Assembly (NCBI GenBank): GCA_964035545.1
Contig: OZ037767.1
Coordinates: 9,620,581 to 9,684,580 of the forward strand
From: Bugula neritina
Lineage: Eukaryota; Animalia; Bryozoa
Length of the DNA stretch: 64,000 nt
Direction of reading: 5' to 3'
A program made the translations under genes and the position numbers. Below, one piece after another: positions 26,701-39,429 of the stretch. How positions within the stretch are numbered: position 1 is the stretch's first letter; each line of letters starts with the position of its first letter. A model generated the notes under the pieces. The model saw only the letters and a list, made by a program, of their open reading frames with translations, made no database searches and was not told the DNA's origin.

Positions 26701-29700
26701 ATTGCTTGTCTCTACATTGCTTAACTAGTATAACAGCAAACTCTAAAATAAATTTTTCTTGAGGCACGTTTATGTCAAATTTGGCCATCCGGGGCACAAT
26801 GGGCCACCTTGACCGGGACACAATGGGCCACCTGATTATTGTACCCTGATCACTGTTATTAGTTTGTTTGCCCAAAAAGTTGGTTGAAATGTTACTAAAA
26901 TTTATAGATATAGCCATTTCTGACCTTTTTGTAAAATATCAAAGACATCATGGTAAGACTACCAAACTACAAGGTGAAGCTTCCCTAATATATATATCTG
27001 GTGAGGTTAAAGCTTTGCTATTTTATACATAATACAAAACACTCTGCTGTTGCTACTAGTAAATAGTCATGATATTTATTATACATTATTTCATTGAGGG
27101 AATATACATGTATTTGACTAAAATAAATTGTGATTTGCTCATTTGTTCCCCCCCCCTCTACTTTCCATACTCCCGCCACAAACCGAAGCCATGCACCTTA
27201 GCTACAGTTCATAGAAAAAAGTTCACTCAGAATTATGTAGTACAAGTTACTAAAGTTTTTTTTTAATAAAAGTTCCTCTGAAGTGTAAAAGAAAACATTT
27301 TTAGTTCTAAAAAGTAATGATAATGGCACCGTAGAATCGAGTGATGTGCGTTTGATTTTGCCTTCCTCTGCTATCCATGGTGGTGTTGTGTTGTTTGACT
27401 CGCTATTATTCACCGCGAGACTCGTTGAGCTCGGGGATTTTCCTACTAGCTAGAATTGAAATAAATCACGATAATTATCAGCTTAGACTCAATCCAACGT
27501 TGTTGTACTCTTACGCACCAATCACACATGGTGGCAGCAGTTAAAACTAATAATGGGCGATGAAGAAGTTCAGCAACAAATAATTGTGCATAGGAATGCA
27601 CCCAGAATCGAACCACCAGGTGAGATCGTTTTGAATTGTGAGCGTGAGCAAAACTTCAGAAGATTTAAAAGCCGGTGGCAGTCGTTTTACATTCTGTCTA
27701 GACTTTCGGAGGAAAGTGATGAGTACCAGAGAGCATTGCTATTATATACAATTGGTGATGATGCATGCCGAGTGGTAGAGTCAAGTCACAAATATCAGAA
27801 TGATAAGAGTCTAGCAGCGATAATAGACATTTTGGAGCAATACTGTGTAGGAGAACGAAATATAGTGCACGAACGTTATAAATTTAATACAAGGTGTCAA
27901 TTACAAGGAGAGAATTTTGATGCTTTTTACTCAGAATTACGTACGCTAGCAGATAAATGTGGATTTAATTACCGACCTGCCACTGATGAGGCACCAGCAC
28001 CATTTGATGAGATGCTGAGAGATCGAATTGTTCTAGGAATTAGAGATGACTCTCTTAGAAAGAAATTGATTTCTCAAGGTAACACTTTAACACTAGACCA
28101 GGCAGTACGTATTTGTAAGAGCAGTGAAGTCACTTCGACCGTGATGCAAAGTGTAACACAAGGAGCAAGCTCAGGGTCTGTAGATGCTATAAGTAAAGCA
28201 CAAAGCAGATACCCTAATTATAAGCAAAGCAAGCCAAGTCGTACACACAAGCAGGGAAGTGCTGTCCAGCTGCCAGTTAACTCTCAGATGTACAAGCCTA
28301 CAAACAGCCAAGATCATTGTAAAAGGTGCGGTAGGGAACCACATTCAAAAGCGGAATGCCCAGCTAAGGATGCTCAATGCAGGAAGTGCAAGAAAGTGGG
28401 CCACTTCCAGCGGCAATGCAGAAGTACATCCATCCAGGAGGTGACCGAAGCAAGTAGTGACGATGGTATAATGTTCACAGGAGAGTTCAAAATAGAAAAC
28501 CTAACTGTGGATGCTTGGAAAGCCGAAGTAGCAGTAAATGGTAACTGTACTACTTTCAAGCTCGATACAGGTGCAGATGGTACAGTAGTCAGTGACAAAC
28601 TACCGTGGCTGTCTACTATTTCACTGCAAACTACAGGAGTCCGCTTATATGGACCTGGAGGAAAGCAACTCCAAGTCTTAGGAACTTTTGAGGCAGATCT
28701 TCAATATAAAAGTCAAAAGTACAAGGAGACAGCCTACGTAATTCAAAATCAGTCAACCTCTCTACTCAGTAGAACTGCTTGTGAAAAGTTAGGACTGATA
28801 ACATGCCAAGTAAAGCAGCAAGGGGAAATAACCAAAGACATTCACACAGGCTTCTCGAAGCTATTTAAAGGCCTTGGAGCACTCAAGGGATATTCATACA
28901 GAATATCACTAATTCCAGATTACCAGCCAACATGCATCTACACTCCAAGGAAAATTCCCATTCCATTACGAGACAAAACCAAGAAAAAGCTAGATGAGAT
29001 GGCACAACAAGGAGTTATCTCTCCCGTAACAGAAGCTACAGAGTGGTGTAGTGGAATGGTCCCAGTCCTCAAACCATCAGGAGATGTACGCGTCTGTGTG
29101 GACCTGACTGGCCTGAATAAAGCAGTTAGAAGGGAAATCTATCCAATGCCAGCAGTCGATGAAAGTATTGGACTGTTGGGGGCAAGTAAAATCTTCTCAA
29201 AGCTAGATGCCAATAGTGGGTTCTGGCAAATACACTTGGACAAGGAGTCAAGAAAACTGACTACCTTCCTCACACCTTTTGGCCGGTTCTGTTTCAACAG
29301 ACTTCCATTTGGCATATCTAGTGCACCGGAGATCTTTTCTCGAGCTATGTGCAGACTACTAGGCGACATAGAGAATGTCATCTGCCACATGGACGATATT
29401 CTAGTTCATGGTAAAGATGCAGAAAGCCACGATAAAACCTTAAAGCTGGTTTTAAGCAGACTGGAAGAAGCAGGACTCACATTGAATGAAGACAAGTGTG
29501 AGATTGGCCAAGCTCAAGTGAAGTTTTTAGGCCACATTATAGATGCTAAAGGAGTCAGCCCTGACCCGGATAAAGTCGCATCAATACGTGACTTCCCAGC
29601 CCCTACCTGTAAGACAGAGTTGAGACGACTAAATGGTATGCTGAATCAGCTAGCTAAGTTTATCCCTCACCTGTCTGAAATCACAGCTCCCATGAGAGAG

Positions 29701-32648
29701 TTACTGAAGGAAAGTAAGGCTTGGACATGGAATCAACCTCAAGAGGAAGCTTTCCAAAAGGTAAAGCAAACACTGATGTCTGCTCAGGTCATAGCACACT
29801 ATGATCCCAAGCTGAAAACAATTGTTGCCACTGATGCTAGCAACACTGGACTTGGAGCTGCTATGTTCCAAATACAAAAAGATGGGACAAGGAGGCCAGT
29901 ATACTATGCATCAAGGTCTTTAACCTCAGTGGAACAAAATTACGCCGCAATAGAAAAGGAGGCATTGGCAATGGCTTGGGCATGCAACAAGCTTGATCAG
30001 TTTTTAAGAGGATTACCTTTCACTCTAGAGACGGATCACAAGCCTTTGGTTAGGCTTATGGGTGTAAAAGACTTAGACCAAGTGCCAGCCAGGATTCTCC
30101 GATTGAGACTGCGGCTCATGAGGTATGCTCCAAAAATAGAGTATATCCCAGGGTCTCGCAACCACGTAGCAGATGCATTGTCGCGAGCACCCTCTGGTAT
30201 ACCATCTCGCATAGATGTGATGCTGGTTGAAGAGCTAGAAGCTAGCACTTCCATTATACCTTCGATAGATCCGATGATCGAAGAAATCAAGGAGGCACAA
30301 CAACTAGATGCCGTGTGCCAAGAGGTCCAGAACCTCATCATAAAAGGATGGCCTACATATAAAACAGATGCCCACACAGCAGTACACCCTTACTGGGATG
30401 TCAAAGGACATTTGACACAATCTAAAGGCCTTCTCTTATATGATCAGCGGCTAGTCATCCCTAGCAACTTAAGACTAAAACTGCTTGACCGCATTCACCA
30501 GGCCCATCAAGGAATAGTAAAATGCCAGGCAAGAGCCAGAAGAGCTATCTGGTGGCCGGGAATGTCTAAACAAATAAAAGAAATGGTACAGGGGTGTCGA
30601 CAGTGCAGAATTAACTCACCGACCCCGGTGGAGCCTCTGCAGCCATCCACCTTGCCATCTAAACCCTGGATAAAGTTAGGTGCAGACCTGTTCGAGTTCC
30701 AGAAAAAGAACTATCTGTTAGTGGTCGATTATCATAGCAGATACATAGAAGTTAGGAGATTAGACTCACTGTCGTCAGCATTCACTGTGGACAAAGTTAA
30801 ATCCATCTTCTCAACTCATGGAATTCCCGAGGTAGTCATTTCTGACAATGGACCTCAGTTCAGCTCTAGGGAGTTCCAAGAATTTGCCAAGAGTTATGGT
30901 TTTCAACACGTGACCAGCTCTCCAAAATATCCAAAAGCCAATGGCGAAGCTGAGAGAGCGGTAGGAACAGTAAAGCGTCTGTGGAGCAAAACTACAGATC
31001 CATACCTAAGCCTATTAACCTATAGAGCTACCCCACTCGAAAACGGATTCACTCCTTCAGAACTTTTGATGAACAGGCTACTTCGAACTACTCTACCCTC
31101 CATGCCTGAAACCCGAGTGGTTCACAAGCCACCAAACATTGCTGAGAAGGAACAACACATAAATCTAAGGACCATGAATAACTACAACCAACGGCACAAA
31201 GCCACTCTGTTGCCTGAACTTTCTCAAGGTTCACCCGTCTATGTCAGAGACACTAAGAAACAGGGCACAGTTCTGGCAAGTGTAGCTCCACACTCATACA
31301 CAGTTAAAACTGAAACAGGAGTTATACGCCGAAACAGAAGTGCGTTGGTAGATCTTCGGGAAGAGGACCCCGTGGTGCTTGAACCAAATGCTCCTCCGCC
31401 GGTTCCTATGGGTGCAGAGGTGCTTGGTCCAAAAGCTAACAAAAAAGCCAATCCATCAGGAACGCAGGCACCCGGAACATTGGTCGCAGAGGGCTCGGGT
31501 ACGTCTTTAACCCATACAGCCAGTCCAACGGTTCCGGGTAGGTTTTGTGCTCTATCCAGAGAGCGAAGATTGCCCCGGAGATTTGATGACTATGTGATGA
31601 ATTAACATCCAGACGATCTAACCACGGAGACACTCGTACCTTCTATGGAACAATCATAAAAATACATATTGTCATGTTTTTTCTCACTATTGTTAACCTT
31701 CACTTACTATTGTCAATCTTAATTAATAGCATACGTGATTACATATAAATGTTTTTTGTAACCCACTTAGAAAGGGGGATGTTGTGTTGTTTGACTCGCT
31801 ATTATTCACCGCGAGACTCGTTGAGCTCGGGGATTTTCCTACTAGCTAGAATTGAAATAAATCACGATAATTATCAGCTTAGACTCAATCCAACGTTGTT
31901 GTACTCTTACGCACCAATCACACAGGTGGCACAAACTGTACAGCTAAAACATGAATTTTGCTTTAGATCTGAAAGAATGTTTTTATTTGTTGGTAATATT
32001 GAAAAAATAAAAATCAGATGCAACAAAATCTGCAAAGTTTCAATATATTTGTTTTGTCCCACCCAGTGGCCCATTGTACCCAGTACCGGGCACAATGGGC
32101 CAATTTTTTCGTCATTAAAATTTCATTATTCTGAAAGTTGTGATAGAGATAAAAACAACAAACTGATACCTGTAATAAACAACAGATGCAGGCATTGAGA
32201 CTAGAGATTATTGAACTAGTAACCTGAAAAACAGACGAATGAGAGCAAAAAATTCAAAATTCGGCTCGTTGCGCCTCTCCCCCCTTACCCCTATATATAT
32301 TAGATCAAATGATCAATTTATGGTTCAATCAGTTCTATGCATTTTTTCATCAAAAAATTATACAAGTTTAGAAATCAAGTGCGAGTGCTTTTGTCATTTT
32401 GGCATTTAGATATTTCTTCAAAAGAAATATGGATAGGAGTGTCTTGGGATGGAAGTGGATACAGCTGGCTGAATGGTGAAACAGTTGGCCTTAACACATC
32501 CAACTCAAACTGGAGCCAAGTTCGAGGAGAACCAAACAGAAGCGGTGACTGCGTCAACTCTTTTGGTTTAACTTATCAATACAAACTTCGAGACCATTCC
32601 TGTAGCTCATACGGAGCAGGATATGCCTGCGAAGCCAACAAGTCATAG
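23751..32648 (+). CDS. Secreted PAN/Apple domain + C-type lectin protein (paralog 1)
   Basis: Exons 23751-23801 (signal-like), 24753-24981 (PAN: SECAVMC..CMSISY..CSFS), 25705-25899, 32410-32648 (CTLD: CLDGW, SWNDAKLDC, WIG, EPN, C..LRD.C..YACE); phases 0,1,1. Confidence 0.85.
23978..24167. repeat. Two-copy ~90 bp tandem duplication in an intron
   Basis: GTAAGCATAA..TAAAGCAAAACCCATACCCCCC occurs twice. Confidence 0.85.
24285..24710. mobile_element. Degenerate MITE-like element
   Basis: Subterminal motifs AGATAGACGACC on the left mirrored by GGTCGTCTATCT on the right; no clean TSD seen. Confidence 0.4.
27384..31924 (+). mobile_element. Intact Ty3/Gypsy LTR retrotransposon, Mag-like (element B)
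   Basis: Identical 145-bp LTRs at 27384-27528 and 31780-31924; 5-bp TSD GGTGG; PBS TGGTGGCAGCAG 27529-27540; PPT AGAAAGGGGGA 31769-31779. Confidence 0.97.
27553..31605 (+). CDS. gag-pol: Gag-Pol polyprotein, 1350 aa, single ORF
   Basis: Two CCHC-type knuckles, PR LDTGA, RT HMDD, RNase H TDAS, integrase HHCC and D,D,E (SDNG, NGEAER). Confidence 0.96.
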   Translation: MGDEEVQQQIIVHRNAPRIEPPGEIVLNCEREQNFRRFKSRWQSFYILSRLSEESDEYQRALLLYTIGDDACRVVESSHKYQNDKSLAAIIDILEQYCVGERNIVHERYKFNTRCQLQGENFDAFYSELRTLADKCGFNYRPATDEAPAPFDEMLRDRIVLGIRDDSLRKKLISQGNTLTLDQAVRICKSSEVTSTVMQSVTQGASSGSVDAISKAQSRYPNYKQSKPSRTHKQGSAVQLPVNSQMYKPTNSQDHCKRCGREPHSKAECPAKDAQCRKCKKVGHFQRQCRSTSIQEVTEASSDDGIMFTGEFKIENLTVDAWKAEVAVNGNCTTFKLDTGADGTVVSDKLPWLSTISLQTTGVRLYGPGGKQLQVLGTFEADLQYKSQKYKETAYVIQNQSTSLLSRTACEKLGLITCQVKQQGEITKDIHTGFSKLFKGLGALKGYSYRISLIPDYQPTCIYTPRKIPIPLRDKTKKKLDEMAQQGVISPVTEATEWCSGMVPVLKPSGDVRVCVDLTGLNKAVRREIYPMPAVDESIGLLGASKIFSKLDANSGFWQIHLDKESRKLTTFLTPFGRFCFNRLPFGISSAPEIFSRAMCRLLGDIENVICHMDDILVHGKDAESHDKTLKLVLSRLEEAGLTLNEDKCEIGQAQVKFLGHIIDAKGVSPDPDKVASIRDFPAPTCKTELRRLNGMLNQLAKFIPHLSEITAPMRELLKESKAWTWNQPQEEAFQKVKQTLMSAQVIAHYDPKLKTIVATDASNTGLGAAMFQIQKDGTRRPVYYASRSLTSVEQNYAAIEKEALAMAWACNKLDQFLRGLPFTLETDHKPLVRLMGVKDLDQVPARILRLRLRLMRYAPKIEYIPGSRNHVADALSRAPSGIPSRIDVMLVEELEASTSIIPSIDPMIEEIKEAQQLDAVCQEVQNLIIKGWPTYKTDAHTAVHPYWDVKGHLTQSKGLLLYDQRLVIPSNLRLKLLDRIHQAHQGIVKCQARARRAIWWPGMSKQIKEMVQGCRQCRINSPTPVEPLQPSTLPSKPWIKLGADLFEFQKKNYLLVVDYHSRYIEVRRLDSLSSAFTVDKVKSIFSTHGIPEVVISDNGPQFSSREFQEFAKSYGFQHVTSSPKYPKANGEAERAVGTVKRLWSKTTDPYLSLLTYRATPLENGFTPSELLMNRLLRTTLPSMPETRVVHKPPNIAEKEQHINLRTMNNYNQRHKATLLPELSQGSPVYVRDTKKQGTVLASVAPHSYTVKTETGVIRRNRSALVDLREEDPVVLEPNAPPPVPMGAEVLGPKANKKANPSGTQAPGTLVAEGSGTSLTHTASPTVPGRFCALSRERRLPRRFDDYVMN

Positions 32649-32759
32649 CAAATTGAGTCACTGGTTTATTTAGTTCATGTATAACTCCATAGATTTTGTA
32701 CCAGTGAAAGCGATGCTGCCGGTGTAATTCACCTTATAATGCTGCAGTGTTGAGATTTC

Positions 32760-32840
32760 CCAGTAGCCCCTGTGGTGCAATGGTGGGTGCGCTAGCTTGC
32801 AAGCAGAAGGTCTGCGGTTCGAACCCCTGTGAGGGGAAAA
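32760..32840 (+). mobile_element. tRNA-derived repeat head (A box TGGTGCAATGG, B box GGTTCGAACCC)
   Basis: Pol III boxes but poor cloverleaf; related copy at 43030-43110 (-) shares the CCCAGTAG flank. Confidence 0.6.
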
Positions 32841-35298
32841 TATTTTACAAATGCCTATTTGATAATAAAATCATTCCTTATGTTTAGAGCATATCCTAAT
32901 ACCTCACCTCAAGAAAAGCATTGCAACATTGTTCAATATAACTATCAATTAATAATTATTCTGTTTTAGATGAGAGAGCACATACATACATGTATACATT
33001 ATATAACTTCACTTAAAAATCAGAAGCATCAAAGCTAAAAACATGATTGCAAAATGAAACCCTAAATATTATTATCATAATGAAAATACTAGATAATTGT
33101 TCATTCAATTTAATACATTTACCAGCTTTTTTGCAAAAATGCAGTTAAATTTTGTTTGCTTTGAGATTTTTATGTTTGCAAGAAAAGTATAAACACAAAA
33201 GCAGTTAAAAATGTGTTTGATCGGTGGAAACAAAATAATCTTCTAGTAATTAATATTCTTTGAGTGATTTTGTAAGAAACATCATTGTAGGTTTAATGTG
33301 CTACTAACAGATGATCATTTTATATTAGCTTAATAAAAAGCGATTACATGTTTTGCTTCTAATCATGTTACACATTATAGAAAATTTCAAGTCATCAGAA
33401 AAAAGCTTCCAGAAGCCAGGTATAAATAAAATTCTTATAACATGCATAAAATAGCTGTTGCTTATGAATTTTGCTTTACTGGGCGAGGAAATTGTATTTT
33501 TTTTTGGTGATATTATAATTCTATTGTTTGAAATAGAAACAAATGTTTTATCTGGGCAGAGAGAGTGATGGCTTGAAAAACACAGTAGTTTCTCTTTGCA
33601 TGTAGCTCTGTGTTGTTTATTAAATTCATAATGAGTTTTGCGTAATAATTCAATATACCTACATAACTCATGAGTCATGATGTGGCATTTTTTCTTACTA
33701 ACTTTTATTCTTAATCAACTTCTTTAACATATAACAACACTGTGGCATTTTAAAAATAAATTTTGTAGAAATGCTATAATTATATTTTTGTAACTTTTAT
33801 TCCCCACCTGTATTTAGAGTTTTAATTTATAAGTTTATAATCTTTTAGTTTTATTTTCAATAATTGTATTATATTTCAAATTGGTTAAACGTTGGGTTTT
33901 ATTCAAATAAAAAAAACAATACATTAGACTACTATTCCTGCTTATTCTGCAACGTATTATGAAAATTTTCTATAGTAGCTACCAAACAACTAAAATCAAT
34001 TGACGCGCTCACCACTAATCTAAAATCTCCCCAAAATAATATTTCCACAGCTTAATAAAATTTTTAATAGTAATTAAAAACTCATTATAGCAAAAGTAAA
34101 TTAAAATCTCATCAAATAATATTGCTTTAAATTTAAATGAAAATTTTAGTTGGCGCAGGTTTGTCCAAACTTTAATAATAAATATTGGTTTACTAAAAAC
34201 TCATTCATAAAATCCAAAGGTTTGAACTTTAGCTCATTTAAAACTTTGTCATGTAGAAAGAATGTACTAGATAAATAACTAAATAATAATCAATAATTAT
34301 GAGAGATAGACAGTTTTTAAATTAAGCAATAATCCAGGGAATTGAAGACTGTCAAATATAGTTGAAAAGTATATACAACAATACCAGTTCTTGTCATTGT
34401 AAACAGGACTAAGTTTACAAGTTTGAACTCCTATTATGGGAATGGCAAGCGTTTCCAATATGCTTCCTTCCTGAGCAGCTGTTGCTATGGGGCAGTCACC
34501 AAGTGTGGAGTTGTATTGATTATGCTTCAGCTTACCATGCCGAGTTAATTTCCTTGTCATAGAACATTTCCTGTTTCAACATAATTTGCACCTGCTATAT
34601 CTCGTGATTGAGTAACTACAGAATCTATATATATGATTGTATTTGATATAATATATTATTTAGCGCAGGAGCAGTTAAATACAGCATTTTAAATACTCTA
34701 TCATATTACTAAATATAATTGTCTAAAGTTGTTTAAATTTTTACCTTTTATTATTCTTTTGATAATAAGAGTTTATTTTAGCCCTCTTTTTGTTGAAACT
34801 TGTAATTAAATAAAAAAATGTGATAGTTATTAACCGTTTGTAAGATTTAGGTAGCTGATGTAGAGAGAAATTGTAGGTTTAAGTAAAAATGTGTGGTGGG
34901 GGGGGAGGGGAGGTGTTTCTCAACACTAAACTAATAGCCTACAAAACTGAACATTTTAAAATTTTACATGTCTTTAAAAAATAATCAACAATGTAAATTG
35001 TAAATGTGAAATATAATCTCATAAAGCAAAATCACGGAGACTGAAGAGACTAAAGTTGCATCAATAATTATTCAAACGAGTTTTCGAGAAACTGTCATCA
35101 ATATATTGAGTGAAGATATAAAGGATTGCGTAAACAGCAGCACGCTTTAAAATAAAAGTTTTAGAAGTAATTAGATTGAAATTTTAAACCGTGTATATAT
35201 TGTTTTAGCAATCAAACTGAAAGGCAATGAGAGTAAATCAATGCAAAGCATTGATGTTACATTGCATTGCAAGTTAAACATGTATGCCTGTTCACTAT

Positions 35299-38200
35299 AT
35301 GAGCAACATGTACAATATTACATCATTTCTTCTTTCTTTATCTGTCTATTTATTATTCTTGCCTTTTGCTAAGGTATGTATGAGTGTTCAGCCATTTTTT
35401 CTTTCAAATCTACGGAATGCAAAGTTAGTATTCTATTTCTAAACTTTGCTGTATTATAGAAGTAAAGTGTGGGTAAGTTTTGTGCTCAATACAAATCATA
35501 AGTCAACAATAGATTTCACTGCTTTTTAACGATTCAAAAATGTTCAAAGTTGTTGTACTAATAAAATGCTGATATCTGTAGTTAAATATAACTTAATTCT
35601 AACAATGTAATGTAATGTGAATATGTAAGATAGTAATACTATAGACTGATTCCTTTCCATATCCATAGACAGGCACTTGTTAAGCTAAGAATGCTGCTGT
35701 GTTATTAAATCTGGTAAGTTATTTAGAACTTCTTAAACAGATAGACCGTGGAATCAGATTAAACTTGTTCAAACAACATTAAAATGAACAATCATTATGC
35801 ATAAAAGACGATCAGCCATAACAACAGTTTTAAATTATTTAGAAATCAACATATTCAACAAGTATTATCTACTCGTACTATGTCCATGGAAAATAGTAAG
35901 TAATTTGAATTTTTAGCAATGTAAGGAGTTGAAAGGTAATCTTTAGAAATTGTTAAATGTGCAACTTGTGAGAGCATTAAAGACAATAGTCTTTACAAAC
36001 AGATACCAAAACTCTTAAATTGAAGAAGTTTTGATTAAATTACCTTCGAGATTTTGTTAACTGACAAAAGATAATTTGAGGCTTAAAATCTTTTAAAACT
36101 CCTGTATAAGAGCTTTGTTTGTCATCCTAAAGCTGCAAGTGCAAAAAGATGCTAAGTTTTATAACACTAAAAGCTTGTGGATATTGGTTAGAAATAAAAT
36201 TATATATAACAAAACTTCTAGTAATTAAGCTGTTTTTTCTATAATTGTGTAGAGTCATCTTGATATTGGGAAATTTTTATTCCAAAACTCTATGCAAGTA
36301 CCTAGATTTAGGGTCATATAGCTAGTTATAAACTTTTCGTGTCTAACTTAAAATATTCTCATAACAGGATAAAACACTTGCAAATTTGCTTTAAACAAAA
36401 ATCTTTTAGCTATTTCAGCAAATGCTTGAATATAATATGTTTTTGTCATTGGCAAAAACATTTTGTTTAATTATTTTAATGAAAAATCTTATGCGCTATG
36501 TGTAATAGATAGATAACCTTCTGTAGGGTTTGCCTCAAACATCTTTCCTCTTACAAGTGAATACATCAGAACTAAGCAACCACCTCTCAACATACTCTGG
36601 GCAAAGTTTGGAGTCGTGCGCTGTATTGTGTCTCAAGAAGTGGCAGTGTAGGTCATTCTCCTATTCCACTGATAAAAAAGTTTGTGAATTATTCAGTAAA
36701 GAAGCAATCTCATATGCCAACAATGATTCAAACCCTAAAGATGCTATAGAAGTATACAATAGTAAGTGAAACTGCAAATTACTATATAACATAACGTATC
36801 AAACTTTTCATGCAGGCAAATTTAAATACGAATATAAACATTGCTGCAAATGAAATATTAAATTGTGAGCTGCATAGTTTTATAACTTTGAAGAAATATC
36901 AATGCATGACCATTGTTCAATATCTACCAATTAACATATCGTTTGGGCAATTCAATAAAGGGATGCTAGTTGAGTAATGTAGCTGACGGATTGTTTAACA
37001 TTAATTAAATGAGTTGCCAATGTTGGGATATTAAAACACAATAATATTACACAGCTTCTCTGAATCTTAGGCTGATAACATGCTGTTGTGTTTTAGTATA
37101 TAAAAATATTCATTCAGACTAGCTGAAAGAAGTTAGCAATGTGAGAACCTTTACATCATAAGTTATGAATGTAGTTGCAAGTTGCCAGTAGCAAGTTGCA
37201 AGACACAAGTGTAAAGATGAGTAAAAATGTTGGGTTTTTTACCAGTCAAAAAGGTTAGCTATTGTGTAGTAACCATAATGAGTGCGGAAAAGCATAATAT
37301 AGCTGGCATAGCTGTGATGATACATAAAAAGCTATAATGTAAAGTCCCAGTACATGTCTCTAAGATGTTCAGTGTGTGTGGTTTTCTAGACGATGAGTCA
37401 GTCCCTGTTATTTTTAGCACAGCCTGCTGAGTTGGATTTTTGATAGTAAGAGCGATAGATATTATATTTTATTTAATTGATATTTTGTATTACAATCAAA
37501 TATTTTTTGTAAAATTGAGAGTCAAAAGTTAACACTTAAGAAGACTGGCAGCTTATAATAATCATAAAACATAAGCATGTTTTCATCTGTCATAATGATG
37601 GCTATTGGAATTTTGTGACATATAAAAGAACTATTATGACAGCTGTAATTGCCTCTTTACAGTTAGCCTATTTTATAATACACGCGCAATCTTCTTACAG
37701 AAGTTTCACCTTGTCCTGAGGAATGGTTCGAAATGCCAAGAAAAAGCAGATGTTTGCGATTTTATGCAGACATAAAGAAAATTTGGAAAAACTCAAAAAC
37801 ATTTTGTGAAAATAGGGGTTTCCAGCTGGCAGTATTAGACAGTGATGAAATGTTAGACTGGTTCATGACACTAAGACAAGAATTATCAGGTACTATTTTA
37901 CTGTACCTGTCACTTTAAACAAGCTTTATGTACATATGTAGGTACATTTTATTGTATACAAATAAACAAGTAATATAATCAATAAATCAGCTTCGAAAGT
38001 AGTATGACAAAAGCAATAGGTTGTGTTACTTTTAAAAATTAGCATTATGTTTGAAGATGCTGAAACATTCGAATTTACATTTGCGTATATTTCAAATTTA
38101 ATTTAAAACCATTGTAGAAATTTCTGACAAGGAAATTTGGCTTGGAGCTTTCTGGAACGATTCTGAGTACATCTGGCTGAATGGTAAAACAGATGGCCTC

Positions 38201-38359
38201 AATGCTTCAAGTTCATGGTGGAGTAAGACAGATGTTATTGAACCAAACAGAAGTGGTGACTGTGTGAATTCATATTCTAAAACTAATAACTATTTATTAC
38301 GAGACCACTACTGTGGCGCGTACAAGGCTGGGTTTGCTTGCGAGATGAACATTTTATAA
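35299..38359 (+). CDS. Secreted PAN/Apple domain + C-type lectin protein (paralog 2)
   Basis: Exons 35299-35373 (signal), 36527-36761 (PAN: ESCAVLC..CRSFSY..CELF), 37701-37889, 38118-38359 (WLG, EPN, LRD, FACE, TAA); same phases as paralog 1. Confidence 0.88.
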
Positions 38360-39429
38360 AGTATTGTGTGCACTCATATAACATATGTGGAAAATAATAA
38401 TATTTTTTTAAATTTCTATTGATTGTAATGAGTGATTGAAATTGAGAAATACACCACATGTTTTTTCATATCATAAGCTCATGTGATTTATACTAGAGCG
38501 TATTACCAATAAACTATGTTACATGCAATATATAATATATTACTTATATATATTATAAGTTGATGATAAAATATTATGCAGCTACAAGATTATATAACAT
38601 TCCCAACCAAATGTGTTTGTAGTTAGTGTAAGACCTTTATTTTGCTAATGATTATTATTGCAAAATGCAGGTCAAAAGCATTTTTTTATTTACAAGAGTA
38701 AAATTAGGTGCAAGTTTAGCATACTTTGAACTTTATTTTCACAAATGTACTGTCAAGTAATTTCTGAAATATTTAATAGATTATTGCATTTAGGACCTTT
38801 CTATTAATAAAATAAGATTTACAAGAATATATTGCAATAGAATAAGTAGGCTGAAATATATCCTTTAAAGTTTGTTTTAAGCTAAATTAAACACAATGTC
38901 AGTTAAATTCAATGGGCTATAGCTTTAAATAAATGTTAATATACAAATTAGCTAATTTTAATTGCTTTTGATGTTTGTTGGATTTGATAGAACAAACTTG
39001 CTGTGTGTATATAGTGTGTACAGTGATTTGTAGTGAGCAGTGTGTAGTGTGTATATAGTGAGTAGTGTGTATAGTGTTTAGTGTGTATTAGGCAGTGTGG
39101 TAAGTATAGTGGCATATAGTATAGACGTAGATGTACCATATACTTTTGTTTCTTATTGCAATCAGCAGCTTCTCTCACTTGTAACTGACTTCGTTATAAA
39201 TCATATAGCTTATTATAGCTGGCATATTGGTGTATTATATTTTTTAATTTCCTTCTAGAGCTCTGCTTTTTTAATAAAACATTACTGCGATTACAAAAGA
39301 CATGTGAGTAAATTATGTTAAAAAACTTTAACAAGTATGTGCCAAGACTCATTATTACTTCAGGCCAAGCGGCGAATGAGTGTGGCTTTTTAATGGCTTG
39401 TTTTTTGTCCGAAGGGTTCATCTTTCAAG

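Larger units (their letters stand above)
26780..32292 (+). mobile_element. Internally deleted DNA transposon remnant (pogo-like, tentative) hosting element B
   Basis: Repeated and inverted GGG(C/A)CACAATGGGCCA motifs at 26790-26832 and 32065-32102; degenerate transposase-like start (ATGGTAAGA, ~26950) and tail (SDVRLILPS..HGG|T) split by the LTR element. Confidence 0.5.

Noticed and set aside
32765-32840. Functional tRNA-Ala gene
   Set aside because: Acceptor and anticodon stems pair poorly; a diverged related copy shares its flank, so it is a tRNA-derived repeat
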